DNA from: Dimorphilus gyrociliatus
Taxonomy: Eukaryota > Animalia > Annelida
Direction of reading: 5' to 3'
DNA length: 64,000 nucleotides
Assembly (NCBI GenBank): GCA_904063045.1
Contig: CAJFCJ010000003.1
Location: forward strand, 124,001-188,000
The notes under the pieces are model-generated. The model searched no databases, had not been told where the DNA came from, and was given only the letters and a program-made list of their open reading frames with translations. Shown here one piece after another: positions 63,954-64,000 of the stretch. Each line of letters opens with the position of its first letter. Within the stretch, counting starts at the first letter, position 1. Position numbers and translations under genes: made by a program.

Positions 63954-64000
63954 AAATACAAGAAGAACTAAAAGAAACGTCTTATCTCTTCTCTATTTAT

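Overview
AT-rich (~70% by eye), microsatellite-dense, intron-containing animal DNA. Gene density is about one gene per 7-8 kb, and gene content suggests a compact invertebrate, probably spiralian, genome (inference; species not identifiable from sequence alone). I assembled eight spliced or intronless protein-coding genes by hand from GT-AG signals and phase continuity: (1) a 5'-truncated coiled-coil protein with a C-terminal CAP-Gly domain (+); (2) a complete carotenoid cleavage oxygenase of the BCO/RPE65/NinaB family (+); (3) a small WH1-like/CRIB-like protein resembling insect MESR3 (+); (4) an AHCYL/IRBIT-type adenosylhomocysteinase-like protein (-); (5) a 90-aa secreted precursor ending in GKK (-); (6) an SPSB/gustavus SPRY-SOCS box protein (-); (7) an intronless class A GPCR (-); (8) an orphan coiled-coil protein (-). 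Two Tc1-family DNA transposons have intact transposase ORFs, one DD35E with near-perfect 223-bp TIRs and one DD34E with asymmetric IR/DR ends. The most striking observation is a 2048-nt AHCYL intron with no GT/GC donor at the position required by conserved protein sequence (apparent GG-AG). Its two ends are inverted repeats flanked by an AG/CAG direct repeat, resembling a transposon-derived introner. Other notable signals are an apparently duplicated alternative first exon of the carotenoid oxygenase, an excess of TACAGTA/TACTGTA Tc1-footprint-like heptamers, recurrent CTCF-like cores, and perfect GTCACGTGAC boxes upstream of two genes. No rRNA, tRNA or CRISPR array was found. All gene models are unverified by transcript data.
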